The position numbers were made by a program, and so were the translations under genes. From the NCBI GenBank assembly GCA_951406725.2, contig OX597824.1:77252001-77316000 (forward strand): a DNA stretch of 64,000 bases, written 5' to 3'. This document shows positions 12,860 through 26,553 of this stretch, in pieces; within the stretch, counting starts at the first letter, position 1; every line of letters starts with the position of its first letter. The notes beneath the pieces are model-generated. The model did no database searches and was not told the origin of the DNA. It saw only the letters and a program-made list of their open reading frames with translations. Source of the DNA: Octopus vulgaris. Lineage: Eukaryota.

Positions 12860-13058
12860 ATCCAAACAAGAAAACACAAAAAAACACAACAACGCGAGGA
12901 CGTGGAACAAATATAGTATTATTGGATGCTCAGGAAAGAAGGGAAGAAGGAGGGTTTAATGTTTCGAGTGGAGCTCTTCGTCAGAAACATAGGAGAAGGA
13001 AAGATCCCAAGAAGGGAAGACAGAGGAAAAAAGTCGCCAACGGTACACACGAGGTCAC
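12856..13058 (-). mobile_element. Short hammerhead-bearing element, family Y
   Basis: Flanked by (TA)n on both sides; minus strand GTTT-CTGACGA-AGAGCTCCACTC-GAAACATT-AAAC (12954-12988); homologous to 36240-36412. Confidence 0.7.
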
Positions 13059-13216
13059 ATTATATATATATATGCACACACACACATATAAGCATATATA
13101 TATATATATATACATATTAGCAATAATCATAATGATATTGAATATGGAGATTTGTTCATCCTCAAAATTTATTTCCTTTTATTTGACAATTTCAAACAAC
13201 ATATTTAAATTTCCTG

Positions 13217-13317
13217 GTGGCTGTGTGGTAAGTAGCTTGCTTACCAACCACATGGTTCTGGGTTTGTTCCCGCTGCATGGCACCTTGGGCGAGTGTCTTC
13301 TACTATAGCCTTGGGCC
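13217..13317 (+). mobile_element. SINE-A head fragment
   Basis: gtggctgtgtggtaagtagcttgcttaccaaccacatggttctggg. Confidence 0.8.
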
Positions 13318-13556
13318 TTTACCTAACACACAGTTCTACATCATACAACACAGAGTAGATAACAAAAATCTTTAAACAGCTATATCGAAGGATATCATGT
13401 AAATACCCTGAAGAAACTGCACCGGTATTATAGTAGGGCTGTAATTTCAATGGTTAGTAATCGGTGCAATTGAAACATGTGCTGGTCTTTTTGTTAGGCA
13501 GTATATTAAAGAATTAGATGCAACTTCATAGTAATCCTTATCATTAATATTGTTAA

Positions 13557-13954
13557 CTAGCAGTATCGCCCGGCGTTGCTCGGGTTTGTAAGGGAAATAA
13601 CTATATAAGCATTTTTAGAGAGTTATAGGCAAAAAATAGCCAAAAAAATGCATTAAAAATGGAGAAAATATTATGGTAAATTTTTTTTAAATCGTTGACT
13701 CATCGTAGACATTTTTAGAGAGTTACTTCCCTTATATAATAGCGAAAAAATGCATTAAAATGGAAAAAAATTATGGTAAATTATTTTTAAAATCATAGAC
13801 TCATCGTAGATGCGTGCTAATACCCAGAAGGGCTCGATATGAATCACGACTATAAGATACCCGGTTTTGGTTAAACTGCACCGCAAAATGTGGGAGTAGT
13901 TAGGAATCTAAATCATAGGAGACAGACACACAACTTCACTTTTATATATAAAGA
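13557..13954 (-). mobile_element. Complete non-autonomous Helitron
   Basis: Minus strand begins TC(TTTATATATAAAAG), ends with hairpin CCCGAGCAACGCCGGG then CTAG; sits between host A and T with no TSD; internal ~100-bp tandem duplication 13610-13810. Confidence 0.85.
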
Positions 13955-14230
13955 TATATATATATATGTGTGTGTGTGTGTGTACATGCAGAAAACACAC
14001 ACTGTAGAAACAAGCACAATGATCCAAGTGTTTTTCTAATTTTTCACATCATGTCACGGTCGACACTGCATATCTACTATGTTTAATTATTCTCCCATCA
14101 TTGCTTTGGCAATATGGTGAAGTTCAAGCTTCGCTGAACATGCAACCAGTATTTTCAAAATCAATATTAATTGTTAATCTACTCCTATCTTTTCCTCACC
14201 ACATAATTAAATCCTCACCACCACCACCAC

Positions 14231-14460
14231 CATCATCATCATTTAGCATCCATTTTCTATGCTAGCATGGGTTGGATAATTTGAAAAGAGCTGACGAGCC
14301 AGAGGGTTGCATCAAGCTCTTTTGTCAGTTTTAGCATGATTTCTATGGCTGGATGCCCTTCTTAATTTACAGAGTGTTTTGGGTTTCTTTTTTTTTTTGT
14401 AATGCCAGCACTGGCAGGGTCACCAAGTAACTCAAGACAAGACAAAGTCCTCTCAACTGG
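14231..14460 (-). mobile_element. SINE-D, old subfamily
   Basis: catcatcatcatttagcatcc...gctagcatgggttgga...gctggatgcccttc. Confidence 0.7.
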
Positions 14461-14805
14461 GGAGCAGGGAGTAGTATTGAGGGAGATGGCTTTGTGAAGT
14501 TAAAGAATAATAGAAGGATAGAGATGGGTGTTTCACTGTGGAAGAAATGCAAGGATATCCCAGTTAGAGAAGGCAGCAAAAGACTGAGATTTAGAGAAAA
14601 AGATAGAGATGAAGATGGAGAGAGATGAGGAAACTGAGAGAGACGGTGATAGAAATGTGTCAGGACACACCCTCAAGGTACAGTGGAGTAGGGTGTGAAT
14701 ATAGGTGAAGTGACACAGAAGATTGGACTAGGTGAATGGATAGGAGGGGAAAATGGGAAAATTTCATAAGAAAGTGAGGTGAGATCGCTAGATGAGATAC
14801 AGTAA

Positions 14806-14962
14806 GCTTCTTACAGTTTCCATCTACCAAATCCATTCATAAGGCTTTGGTTTTCCTCAGGGTATAGTAGAAAACACTTCCCCAAGGTGCCACACAATGG
14901 AACTGAACCCAGAACCATGTGGCTGGGAAGCAATTATCTCACCATACAGCCAAGCCTGCAGC
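14806..14962 (-). mobile_element. SINE-A head fragment
   Basis: cagtttccatctaccaaatcca...cccaaggtgccacac...actgaacccagaaccatgtgg. Confidence 0.8.
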
Positions 14963-15570
14963 TATGTATCTAAATATTTCACACCACATGTACAATAATA
15001 TACGTCTATTTAACAAATCTCTTAATCATACTTTGGCAAGTACAGGGAAGACTATGTTACACTGAAGAGGTGAAATGAAACTAAAATAATGCTAGAATTG
15101 TCTCCCTTTCATGAAATGATCCTAAAAAGATTAATACTAGTCACTGAGTTAATGTTGACTTATGCTATCCCTATTAAGTGTTACTAATTAGAGATTGTTG
15201 ATACAGACTACGTTAAGTATGATAACATTAAATAAGCAAGTGGCTTATTTTTCAAGTTGCTCTTAGAAACCTGGTGCTAATGGTAAGTAAACAAACAAAC
15301 GGAGGAAAAAAATTCAAATCTGGTTGATAAAGAGTCGTAGACACTAGCATTTCCTAGGTTTTATATTTACTAATACAATGACAGTAGCTAAAAATGGAAA
15401 GATAAAAATAAATAAAAATAAAATAAATGATAGATGAAAAAAGATAAAGAAGATAAAATGCGAATAACAGTAAAATGAAATGAATCAAAATACGATAATA
15501 ATCATTTTAATGGGGTAGATAAGCTAAGACGGTGTTGAAATATCAATAAATTTAGATACTTTAGTTTTCA

Positions 15571-15676
<106 letters not shown>

Positions 15677-15714
15677 CTACATATATATATACATATATAC
15701 ATATATATATATAT

Positions 15715-15753
<39 letters not shown>

Positions 15754-15778
15754 CATAGATACATACACACATACATAC

Positions 15779-15813
<35 letters not shown>

Positions 15814-16516
15814 AAAGTGCATCTGTGTGTGTGCATGTATATACATATACACACTCACAAATGTGCATGCACACACACACACACACGCGCACACATACAT
15901 ACACACACTCATGTATATAAGTATATATGTAAAAAAACACATACATATTATTTGCATCGCCACTTATTTCTCTGGACTCGTTTCTATTTCTATTATCTGG
16001 GTGTGTATATGTATAGATATAGATATTATTTTATGCTTTTACAAGTTTTAGTCTTTTGTCTGCAGTCATTCTGTGGTGCCACTCTCAAGAATTTAAGTTG
16101 ATTACTTTGATGCCCCACCCGAAATTTTGTTTGGTATTTATTCGATTAATCACTCTTAAGGTAGAATGTGTTTTCGTATGACATCAACAGGAATAACCAA
16201 AAGCACACACAGAAGCTTACACGTATCTGAGTCTCTGCATGGTCTCCATCAACTAAATTCCACTCACAAGGAATTGGTCAACTTGAGACTATTGTGGAAA
16301 ACACTTAACCAAAGTCTAACTCAGGTGGATCAAGCCGGGAAGTATGGAGTTGTAAAGCAAGCTCTTTAACCAATCAAATATGCTTGTAGTACCACAAAAA
16401 AAAAAAATAAGCTTACACCACTGCACACTTAGACAAAATCATTTTTGTTTAAAGTATCTTCCTGAATATTTCTGGGTCCTGAAACCCTAAAAACAGACAA
16501 GTGTTGTTTTGCCTAC

Positions 16517-16890
16517 CATCATCATCATCATCATTTAGCGTCTGCTTTCCATGCTAGCATGGGTTGGATGGTTCAACTGGGGGTCTGGGAAACCAGAAGG
16601 CTGCACCCGGCCCAGTCTGATCTGGCAATGTTTCTACTGCTGGATGCCCTTCCTAACGCCAACCACTCCGTGAGTGTAGTGGGTGCTTTTTACGTGCCAC
16701 CAGCACAGGTGCCAAACGGGGATGGCAAACAGCCACGGTCGGATGGTGCTTTTTATGGAGGCCAGGCGAGGCTGGCAACAGCCACAATCAAATGGTGCTT
16801 TTTAGGTGCCACCGGCACGGAGGCCCGTCAGAGCAGCGCTGGCAACGGCCACGTTCGGATGGTTCGCTACATGTCACTGGCACTGGTATC
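16517..16890 (-). mobile_element. SINE-D
   Basis: (CAT)n tail, conserved core and about three internal units. Confidence 0.85.
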
Positions 16891-17382
16891 ACTATGAAAA
16901 TGGGAAATAAATTTCCACCCATACATCAATGATAGACAATTCATAATGGATACTGAGAAAATACATTTGTTTGTTTATTTAACCTTTGTTTTTCAATGTT
17001 AGCATGGAATATTTGAAAAATAAGTAAGAGTTGGTGTCATGAGGGGCATTTCATTTTAGAATGCAGAATTCAGATACAACACTTGCCAACATGGAAAACG
17101 TAGGTATAAAAACGATGAAGAATATGATGATGACAATGTATGTGTGTATGTGTATGCATTTACACAGACATGCAGAAAGTAAATAGACACATTTAATTTT
17201 CAAAATTTCTGATCTAAGCATCTTAATATATTTTCAGTGGCGTAGAATTTACAAAGTAATTATTCTTTTTCATTCCAGGTGCCATTATATCAAGAACAAT
17301 TAGAGATGACAAATATATTCCAGTGCATCACTAAAGAGTGCAGATGCATTACAAAAGTGCAGATGCATTAAAAATGTAATCA

Positions 17383-17549
17383 AGGCGCAGGAGTGGCTGT
17401 GTGGTAAGTAGCTTGTTTACCAACCACATGGTTCTGGGTTCAGTCCCACTGCGTGGCACCTTGGGCAAGTGTCTTCTGCTCTAGCCTCGGGCCGACCAAA
17501 GCCTTGTGAGCGGATTTGGTAGACGGAAACTGAAAAGAAGCCCGTCGTA

Positions 17550-17595
<46 letters not shown>

Positions 17596-17808
17596 TGTGT
17601 GTGTTTGTGTGTCTGTATTTGTCCCCCTAGCATTGCTTGACAACCGATGCTGGTGTGTTTCTCTTCGGCAAACGAGACCGATAGAATAAGTACTGGGCTT
17701 ACAAAAGAATAAGTCCCAGGGTCGAGTTGCTCGATTAAAGGCAGTGCTCCAGCATGGCTGCAGTCAAATGACTGAAACAAGTAAAAGGGTAAAAAAAGTA
17801 AGAGTAAG
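17383..17808 (+). mobile_element. SINE-A (tRNA-derived, internal TA/TG microsatellite, CR1-type tail)
   Basis: A box TGGCTGTGTGG, B box GGTTCAGTCCC; 3' ctccagcatggctgcagtcaaatgactgaaac plus (GTAAAA)-like tail. Confidence 0.9.
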
Positions 17809-18275
17809 TATGTATGAAACTAAGAATTTGACAAAATGAAACAGGGTAAAAACAACCTAATTTAAAGAAGGTAGTTCTGATGGAATGACCATTACAGAGA
17901 TATCAAACAGGTGAAGAAACAAAATTAGGAAGAGCAGATCAGGGAGAAAGGAAATTCAACATGAATTCAATATGAATCTGAAGGTGAACATGATAAAACC
18001 TCTTAATATGCAAGCATTATTGCCTGACATGACTGTTTCTCGGTAATCAAATATGCTTTCAGTTCATGTATTATTCAGCCAAATATCAAACAAAATATAA
18101 TAATTTTTTTTTTCAAAGTTGTTGAACGAAGCGTCTATCACTTATGAATTATATAAATATCTGTACTTAAAAGCATAGTTTTCCATATTTTGACGTCATT
18201 TTATTTTCATTTTCAATGTATTAAAGTAGGATAAATGCAATTTGCCATGCATGTGTGCAATAATCTACTCTTTCA

Positions 18276-18309
<34 letters not shown>

Positions 18310-18354
18310 TGTGTGTGTTTGTGTGTGTGTATGTTGTATATCTATCTGTCTATC

Positions 18355-18388
<34 letters not shown>

Positions 18389-18483
18389 AATACAGTGACA
18401 GAGAGACAGAAAGAGTCACAGACAGACAGACAGACAAAGACAGAGAGAGAGAGAGAGAGAGAGAGATGGGGGATTGATATATG

Positions 18484-18640
18484 GGAGCAGGTATTGCAGT
18501 GTGGCTAAGAAGTTTACTTTGCAACCCTTTGATTTCGGGTTCAATCCCATTGTGTGACACCTTGGGCAAATATCTGCTACAAGAGCCCAGAATTGGCCAA
18601 AGTCTTGTAAATCACTTGGTTAAAGAAAACTGCGAAGTCT
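18484..18640 (+). mobile_element. Old SINE-A-like head
   Basis: gtgtggctaagaagttt...gggttcaatccca...caccttgggcaa. Confidence 0.65.
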
Positions 18641-18642
18641 AT

Positions 18643-18698
<56 letters not shown>

Positions 18699-19195
18699 TG
18701 TGTGTGCATGATTGTGCATGTATATCTCCTTATGACATTGTGCACTAGTTGTAAATAGACATCGCCATTATACATACAGTGTTATTTATTTGCAATGGTC
18801 TGTGAAAAAATTATGTGGGTGAGGTAAAATATCACCTTGATAATAGTCAGGTGAGTAATGATAGCAAGAATTGTATACAACTGTTGCAAATTTGTTTCAA
18901 TAGCTTTTACCTTTTTGAAGCAGACATGGAAAAGCAGACATTAGAACAATAATGAAGATGATTATGATAATGATGGTGTTAATTATAGATACATATATCA
19001 TATATGAAAAATACATGCATATATATATATATAGATCGCCATGTTGATTCGCTAGCTTTAATACAATTGTTTGTTTGTATTTCACCTGCCTTCGTCTTCT
19101 GTTTATTTTCATAAAGCTTCCCGTTATATATATATATAACCCCCTTTTTTTTGCTCTTTTACACATTTCAGTCACCTGACTGGGTCACGTTGGCC

Positions 19196-19443
19196 CCAGT
19201 ATTTATTCTTTGTAAGCCTGATACTTATTCTATCAGTCTCTTTTGCTGAAATGCTAAGTATTGGGGACATAAACTCACCAACATCGGTTGTCAAGTGACA
19301 GTGGGGGAACAAACACAGACACAAAGACTCACACACATGAATATATATACATATTTATATATACAAGATGGGCTTCTTTCAGTTTCCATCAACCAAATCC
19401 ACTCACAAAACTTTGGTCGGCCCGAGGCTACAGTAGAAGACAC
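19196..19443 (-). mobile_element. SINE-A, partial
   Basis: ttattctttgtaagcct...aaacacagacac...ggtcggcccgaggctacagtagaagacac. Confidence 0.8.
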
Positions 19444-19511
19444 TAATCTCTGAGCCATTTATATGTATATGTGTGTGTGTGTTTGTGTATTACACATACA
19501 TATAGACATAC

Positions 19512-19558
<47 letters not shown>

Positions 19559-19728
19559 TATGTGTGTGTATGCGTATAATGTATATTTATGCATAGATAT
19601 ATATGAGCTGTCTATATGGGTAAGCAGCTTATAAGTGTGAAATTTATGATTAACCCCTCCCTCTCTCTCTCTTACTCTCTCTGTCTACATATATAAATTT
19701 ATAGATATATGTATGTATATATGTATAT

Positions 19729-19759
<31 letters not shown>

Positions 19760-19845
19760 GGTTAAGTAATGCAAACATGAAAATAGAGACCAAAACCTGA
19801 ACATATATATATATATATGTATATATATATACATATATATATGTA

Positions 19846-19877
<32 letters not shown>

Positions 19878-20081
19878 ATTCTATTATTATTAGTTGGCAA
19901 AGGCTATAGAGTGACTCAAGAGCTGAGAGCTTCATGTATATTTCAGGGAAATATCATTATCACCAGTATAAACATATAGACCCTCTTTATTTGAAACCAG
20001 TTTCATACATGCCAAGGCATGGCACAAAACTCTCAGCTATTGCGTCACTCTTGATAACGTCTGTTGATTATTAATAATAAA

Positions 20082-20112
<31 letters not shown>

Positions 20113-20119
20113 CATAATA

Positions 20120-20183
<64 letters not shown>

Positions 20184-20332
20184 CACATGTCTGAGTGTGT
20201 TATGTGTGTGCATGTGTGAGTGTGTATCAAACATATAGAAAGTACTGTAATAAAAATACATAAATGTAATTTATATGTATATATATGTATATGTTAACAA
20301 TTATTAATATCCACAATTATTAATATATATAT

Positions 20333-20372
<40 letters not shown>

Positions 20373-21025
20373 TATGTGTGTGTGTGTGTGTGTGTGTGTG
20401 TATTAAGCGTAGCTTTTGTTGTTTATCTCAAGTCTGTAGTTAAAAATATTTAAATAATTTTTTCCCACATCTCTCTGAACAGTCAAGATATTATCCTCCC
20501 GATATGAAATGTAAAAATAAAATTAAATAAAAAAAATACAGAAAATTTTAAAATAATAAAAATTAATAAAAAGTTAAATAATTCAGTAATTGAATGCAAT
20601 GAAAATGGAAAAAAAAAATTTGCTTACTAATTATAAACAAAATGTATACAAGTTGGCAAATATCCATAGAGATACAACTAAAGACCATATTTACAAATAC
20701 ACATGATACACTTTGCTTACAAAATTAGGCATTTTCTTGTATACACAAAACACTCTATCAAAAAAAAACAAAAAACCTATGCACAAAAAAAAAAATGAAA
20801 AAAGCCACTGGCACACACAGATTCAGATTTGTGGAATATAAACATCTCTAAGTGCTGGTTGAAAACCCCAGAGGAGACAATTAGCTTGTAAGCATAGAAC
20901 CTTTGGGTTTTGTTCCATAATCCTGTTTAGATTAGGCATAATATACATGATAGATTCTGCCCACTTCTAATACAAAGATGTGTGTTAAACACACTTGTGT
21001 TTTTATGTGGCAACCAAACTACATC

Positions 21026-21065
<40 letters not shown>

Positions 21066-21213
21066 GAGAGAGAGAGTGAGTGTGTGTGTGGGTGTGTGTA
21101 TATGTGTGTGAGGGAGAGAGTGTGTGTGTGTGTGTGTGTGTGTATGAATGTCTGTGTGTGTGAAAGAGAGACAGGCAGACAGACAGACAGACTGTATGTG
21201 TGTGCATGTGTGG

Positions 21214-21251
<38 letters not shown>

Positions 21252-21562
21252 GTGTGTGTGTGTGTGATAGAGAGAGAGAGATAGAGAATGTGTGTGTGTG
21301 TGTGTGGATGTATATGTGTGTATGTGTGTGTACATGGCAATGAGAGAGTGTGTAAGAGAGAGGGAGACAGTGTGTGTGTGTGTGCATGTGGGTGTCTGTG
21401 TGTATGTGTGTGAGAGAGAGAGAGAGAGAGAATGTGTGTGTATGTGGGTGTGAATGTGTGTATGCGTGTGTGTGTGAGAGAGAGAGAGTGTGTGAGTGTG
21501 TGTGAGTATGTGTGTGTGTGTGTGGGTATGTATGACTATGAGTACACTTGTATATATATCAT

Positions 21563-21810
21563 ATCATCATCATGATCATGATCATTTAACATCCGTTTTT
21601 CCATGCTGGCATGTGTTGAACGATTCAACAGGAGCTGATCAGCTAAAGAGCTATCCACGCTCCATGTCTGCTTTTGGTATAATTTCCATGACTGTATGCC
21701 CTTCCTAATGCCAACCACTCGACAGAATGTACTGGGTGCTTTTATGCAGCACTGGCAGGGATACTTTTTCATGGCACCGATACAGATGCTTTTTACATGG
21801 CACCAGCACC
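21563..21810 (-). mobile_element. SINE-D, old subfamily
   Basis: catttaacatccgtttttccatgctggcatg...tgcccttcctaatgccaaccac. Confidence 0.75.
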
Positions 21811-21859
21811 TACAAGCTCTCAAGATTAAGAACGGTCAGCTAAAGAGGAATGCCCACAA

Positions 21860-22358
21860 AATACTGAAAGGAAAAGTTCTGCTGGATGACACATGCTGCA
21901 AAGTTCACAGACAACAGATGGACCCATGCAATTACCAAGTGGTATCCATAAAAGGTGGCGAGCTGGCAGAAATGTTAGCACACCGGGCGAAATGCTTAAC
22001 GGTAATTCGTCTGCCGCTACGTTCTGAGTTCAAATTCCGCCAAGGTTGACTTTGCCTTTCATCCTTTCGGGGTCGATTAAATAAGTACCAGTTAGGCACT
22101 GGAGTCGATATAATCGACTTAATCCATTTGTCTTTCCTTGTTTGTCCCCTTTGTGTGTAGCCCCTTGTGGGCAGTAAAGAAATAGGTATCCATAAAACTG
22201 GAAATGGTCACTTTAAGGGCCTCCATGATGATGAGGAAATGATTTCGTTAAACAATTTGGGTCAAGATAGAAAAGAATGGCATAATCAAGACAGAATGGG
22301 AAACACATTGTGACCAGCAGTGTGTAACAATATCTGATTCACTGGTTGAGACTGTGAT
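21860..22358 (+). mobile_element. Degenerate RTE-clade LINE 3' end interrupted by SINE-C
   Basis: KFCWMTHAAKFTDNRWTHAITKWYP (cf. RTE W.WAGHVAR.TDNRWT....W.P), later GQDRKEW; 3'UTR cacattgtgaccagc...gtgat. Confidence 0.75.
21954..22184 (+). mobile_element. SINE-C full length (tRNA-like head, Nin/Deu-like domain)
   Basis: B box GAGTTCAAATTC; gactttgcctttcatcctttcggggtcga; 13-bp TSD GGTATCCATAAAA (21941-53, 22185-97). Confidence 0.92.
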
Positions 22359-22519
22359 GGAAAAGATGCTTTCCTGGGGCTTAAACAGTAACATCATTCT
22401 TTATAGGACTGCCACATTCTGTTGGCAAATAAACATTACTATTTGGTGCTGTTAAAACAAGTTGTTTTTCTCTCTCTGTCTTATATATAGATGTATGTAT
22501 GAATGTATACATCAAGCAG

Positions 22520-22750
22520 ATGGATCTTGGAAGGGCATCCAGCTGTAAAAACCATGCCAAAACTGACCTCAGTTGCTCTAGGACCAGGTAAAAAGCACTC
22601 AGTCCACTCTGCAGGGAGCTTGGTGTTAGGAAGGGCATCCGACTGTAAAAACCATGCCAAAACAGACACAGAAATCTGGTGCAGTTTTCTGCCTGGCTGG
22701 CTCCTATGAAACCGTCCAACCCATGCCAGCATGGAAGGTAGACGTTAAAC
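22520..22750 (+). mobile_element. SINE-D, old copy with duplicated core
   Basis: ggaagggcatcc..ctgtaaaaaccatgccaaaac twice; ends aacccatgccagcatggaaggtagacgttaaac. Confidence 0.8.
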
Positions 22751-22778
22751 GATGATGATGATAATGATGATGAGGATA

Positions 22779-22818
<40 letters not shown>

Positions 22819-22826
22819 GGTTGGTG

Positions 22827-22858
<32 letters not shown>

Positions 22859-22878
22859 GATGATGATGATGGTGGTGG

Positions 22879-22928
<50 letters not shown>

Positions 22929-22936
22929 GTGGTGAC

Positions 22937-23008
<72 letters not shown>

Positions 23009-23063
23009 GATGATGATGATGGTGGTGATGATGATGATGATGATGATGATGATGTGGTGGTGG

Positions 23064-23099
<36 letters not shown>

Positions 23100-23122
23100 C
23101 GACAACGATGATGATGATGATG
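22751..23122. repeat. (GAT)n microsatellite expanded from the SINE-D tail
   Basis: About 370 bp; source of poly-S/H/M ORFs. Confidence 0.97.
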
Positions 23123-23905
23123 AATTCCTGATAATATTTAATTCTAAAAATTACCCAAGGGTAAAACGGGGAATCAGAGGGATCCAAAGGTAAAAAAAAA
23201 TAGTTGAGAACCACTTATCTAATATTATAAAGGGCAAGTATGGAAAGAAGGTGTGAGAAAAAGGAAACAGGAACAGAACAGTAGTACGAATGAACTGGAT
23301 AGGAGAAAAAAAAATATCATGTATTAAGCATTCAGATTTTTTTCCCCAACTGACAATGCAATCTCTATGTGTAGAGTATATTTCACATATAACTTAATAT
23401 GGCGTAATCCACTGTAAATAAAATAGAATATGTCACAGCTGTATGTAAAAGATTGTAATATACACACAACTCTTCACACACTTGATAACTAAGTTAACAA
23501 TCAAAACAGCACTGTTTCTGAGGTAATTTGATATTTATTTTAAACACTAATATTCGTAGTTCATTGTGTGCTTTGAATGTATATCATTGCGAGTATATTA
23601 GTGTACATTATGTATATGCATCTGCGTGTATTTATCTGATTGTGAGTGTTATACACACACGCACACATATATAATATATATATATGTATTTCATATTTTA
23701 TATATATACATACATACATATATATATATATATATGCATTTCATATTTTATATATATATATTCTATATATATATATGTATATATATTTCATATATATATA
23801 TTTTACACACACACACACATATATATATAAGTACATACATATATATCTATATGCTCAAAAAACATGCGTGTATATGTATATACCTATATCTATATATCTA
23901 TCCAT

Positions 23906-23951
<46 letters not shown>

Positions 23952-24506
23952 CATGTGTATACGTGTTTGTGGTATGCATACACACAAATACATATACATG
24001 CTCATTTTCTCATAATACATCCTTACTGATGTATGTTTGTACCACACAGAAAAAAAAAGAATATACTGTAAATTATTCCATAACAAGTATTTAGTTGCTA
24101 AAACAAATATCAGAAGCAAATAACAAACAGGAAATTGGAATCAACTGAAGTGAAAATGATTCTGCCATGGAATGGTAAATATAATTATGGTTTTCAAAAA
24201 TAGGTACGAGACCTCATATGTTTAGGGGTATCATATAGTTGATTAAATTGCTCATATTACTTATTTTATAGGCTATTTGTTTATTTCATCAACCTCAGAA
24301 GGATCAATCTATGCTTAAAATAGTTGCTATATCACCCTCTATTCACACTGTGTTGTCTTAACATTGGGTAGTATCGCTGTGGATATATTGGATCAGAATC
24401 AAGGAGATGTTTGTGAAGGCAATGTTTCTTAGTTGGCAGAAGGGGAAAGGCTGTCCATTTAGAGCTAAGCAGTACCAAGAACAAGACAACAACATCAACT
24501 TCATTA

Positions 24507-25040
24507 TCATCATCATCACCTTCATCATTTAGTGTCTGCTTTCCATGCTGGCATGGGCTAGACAGTTTGACTGAAACTGGTCATCAGGTTCCAATCTGAT
24601 TTGGCATGGTTTCTATGGCTGGATATCCTTCCCGACACCATCTACTCCAAGATTGTAATGGGGCCATTCAAGAATTTGAACCTGGAGATCTCCATTTGCA
24701 GCAACTTCAAGGGCTACCTCCCAGTGGTGTTGGGCATCAATGAAGAGCCTTCGACTACAACAAGACGACCAAAGTTTTTTTTTTCAAGGTTTGGTGTCTC
24801 CTGCCCCTAAGCCCTAGACCATCACCTAATTGCCCTTACCCGTCTTGTTGCTTAACAACAACAAAAACAAAAGAGTGTAATAGGTGCTTCCTATGTGCCA
24901 CCAGCACATATACATGACTGATTTCACTAGGCTTGACAAGTCTTCTCATGCATGGCATATAGCCAAAGGTCATTGTCTCTGTGAGGTCCAATGTTCAAAG
25001 GGTGCTTCTTATGTGCCACTAGCATAGATGCCAGTTATGT
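24507..25040 (-). mobile_element. Old SINE-D split by a nested insertion (24662-24870)
   Basis: Core gctggatatccttccc..actccaagattgtaatgg resumes as agagtgtaataggtgcttcctatgtgccaccagcac. Confidence 0.7.
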
Positions 25041-25101
25041 GACTTTAGAAGGCCAAAAAAGCAGAGTGAAGTCAGGCAGGTTTGTTTTTTTTTTTAACAC
25101 A

Positions 25102-25492
25102 TAGGTGCAGGAGTGGCTGTGTGGTAAGTAGCTTGCTTACCAGCCACATGGTTACGGGTTCAGTCCCACTGCGTGGCACCTTGGGCAAGTCTCTTTTACT
25201 ATAGCTTTGGGCCGACCAAAGCTTTGTGAGTGGATTTGGTAGATGGAAACTGAAAGAAGCCCATCGTATATATGTATATATATATATGTATGTGTGTCTG
25301 TGTTTGACCCCAACATCACTTGACAACCGATGCTGGTGTGTTTATGTCCCCGTAACTTAGCGGTTCGGCAAAAGAGACCGATAGAATAAGTACTAGGCTT
25401 CCAAAGAATAAATCCTGGGGTCGATTTGCTCGACTTAAAGGCGGTGCTCCAGCATGGCCACAGTCAAATGACTGAAACAAGTAAAAGAGTAA
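25102..25492 (+). mobile_element. SINE-A full length
   Basis: A/B boxes, body and 3' hairpin tail intact. Confidence 0.92.
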
Positions 25493-26103
25493 ACTCGGAA
25501 TGTAAAGTGTCATGATCAAATATAGTATTTAAGACATTTTTTGTCTACCGATTTTGTTAGCCAGCCAACTGCTGGCTTTAGTTATGTTATTGTTTTCATG
25601 AGCTACCAACTGATTTTGTCATCCAGCCAGCCATCACTCCTTTTAGCTGTGTTATGTTTTTTGGAAAAAAGTTACATTAGATATAGACAATAAACAAAAG
25701 ATAGGTCTATGTAACATTTGCATGAGAAACTGCTATAGGGGACAAGAGAAAAATACAATGGAATGTTGAGTGGAACAGGTAAAAGGTTATATGGTATGCA
25801 GCCTGTAAGTCTTTAGTCAGAGGAGGAAAGACAGCTCTCATGACCACTTCTAGTGGCTCTGAGGTAGCTAGATACATCTGGACCATCTTAGTAGCATTAT
25901 AGGCTCAAGAGCAAATCAATGCTCTGGGCCCTGTAAACTGCAGCATATATAAATAAGAATTGGAACCCTTGGCCTGTGGGGCTCCTGGGCAATTGCCTTA
26001 ATCATGCCTTAATCCTTTATCATTTAAACTGGCCATATCCAGCTCAAATACTAAACCTGTTTTATGTTCAGATCAGTCATATCAAGCCCCAATATTCTAC
26101 TTG

Positions 26104-26212
26104 TGATGATGATGATGATGATGATGATGAGGAGGAGGAGGAGGAGAAGAAGAAGAAGAAGAAGAAGAAGAAGAAGAAGAAGAAGAAGAAGAAGAAGAAG
26201 AAGAAGAAGAAG

Positions 26213-26242
<30 letters not shown>
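26104..26242. repeat. Compound (GAT)(GAG)(AAG)n microsatellite
   Basis: Directly visible; source of poly-K/R ORFs. Confidence 0.97.
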
Positions 26243-26243
<1 letters not shown>

Positions 26244-26553
26244 GTAGGAATAATAAAATGCTTTATGGATCTCAGTGGGATAGGAAAATATCTTTTGATC
26301 TGAGTGATATTTGATTTTGAACTCAGACACAGTTAATTAGTGAGGAAGAAGATTGCTTTATAATGGTGTGTTTTGGTGTTGCAGTTTCAGGCTGATTGCA
26401 TGATATCAAACCCAAATGTATTCTACCATAGCTTTGGGTTGATCGATAGCATGTAAATGAAGGGATTTTGGCTAAATTTGTGGAGTAGCCTGTTGTATAT
26501 GTGTGTAAGTACATATGTATATACATACAAATACTATATATATATATCATATC

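Noticed and set aside
15062-15082. CTGAAGA...GAAAC hammerhead-like words
   Set aside because: No stems, palindrome or cleavage triplet; chance match
17238-17255. AG/GT-bounded 18-nt stretch encoding WRRIYK, reminiscent of ENTH domains
   Set aside because: Too short; flanking translation shows no ENTH similarity and no other exons were found
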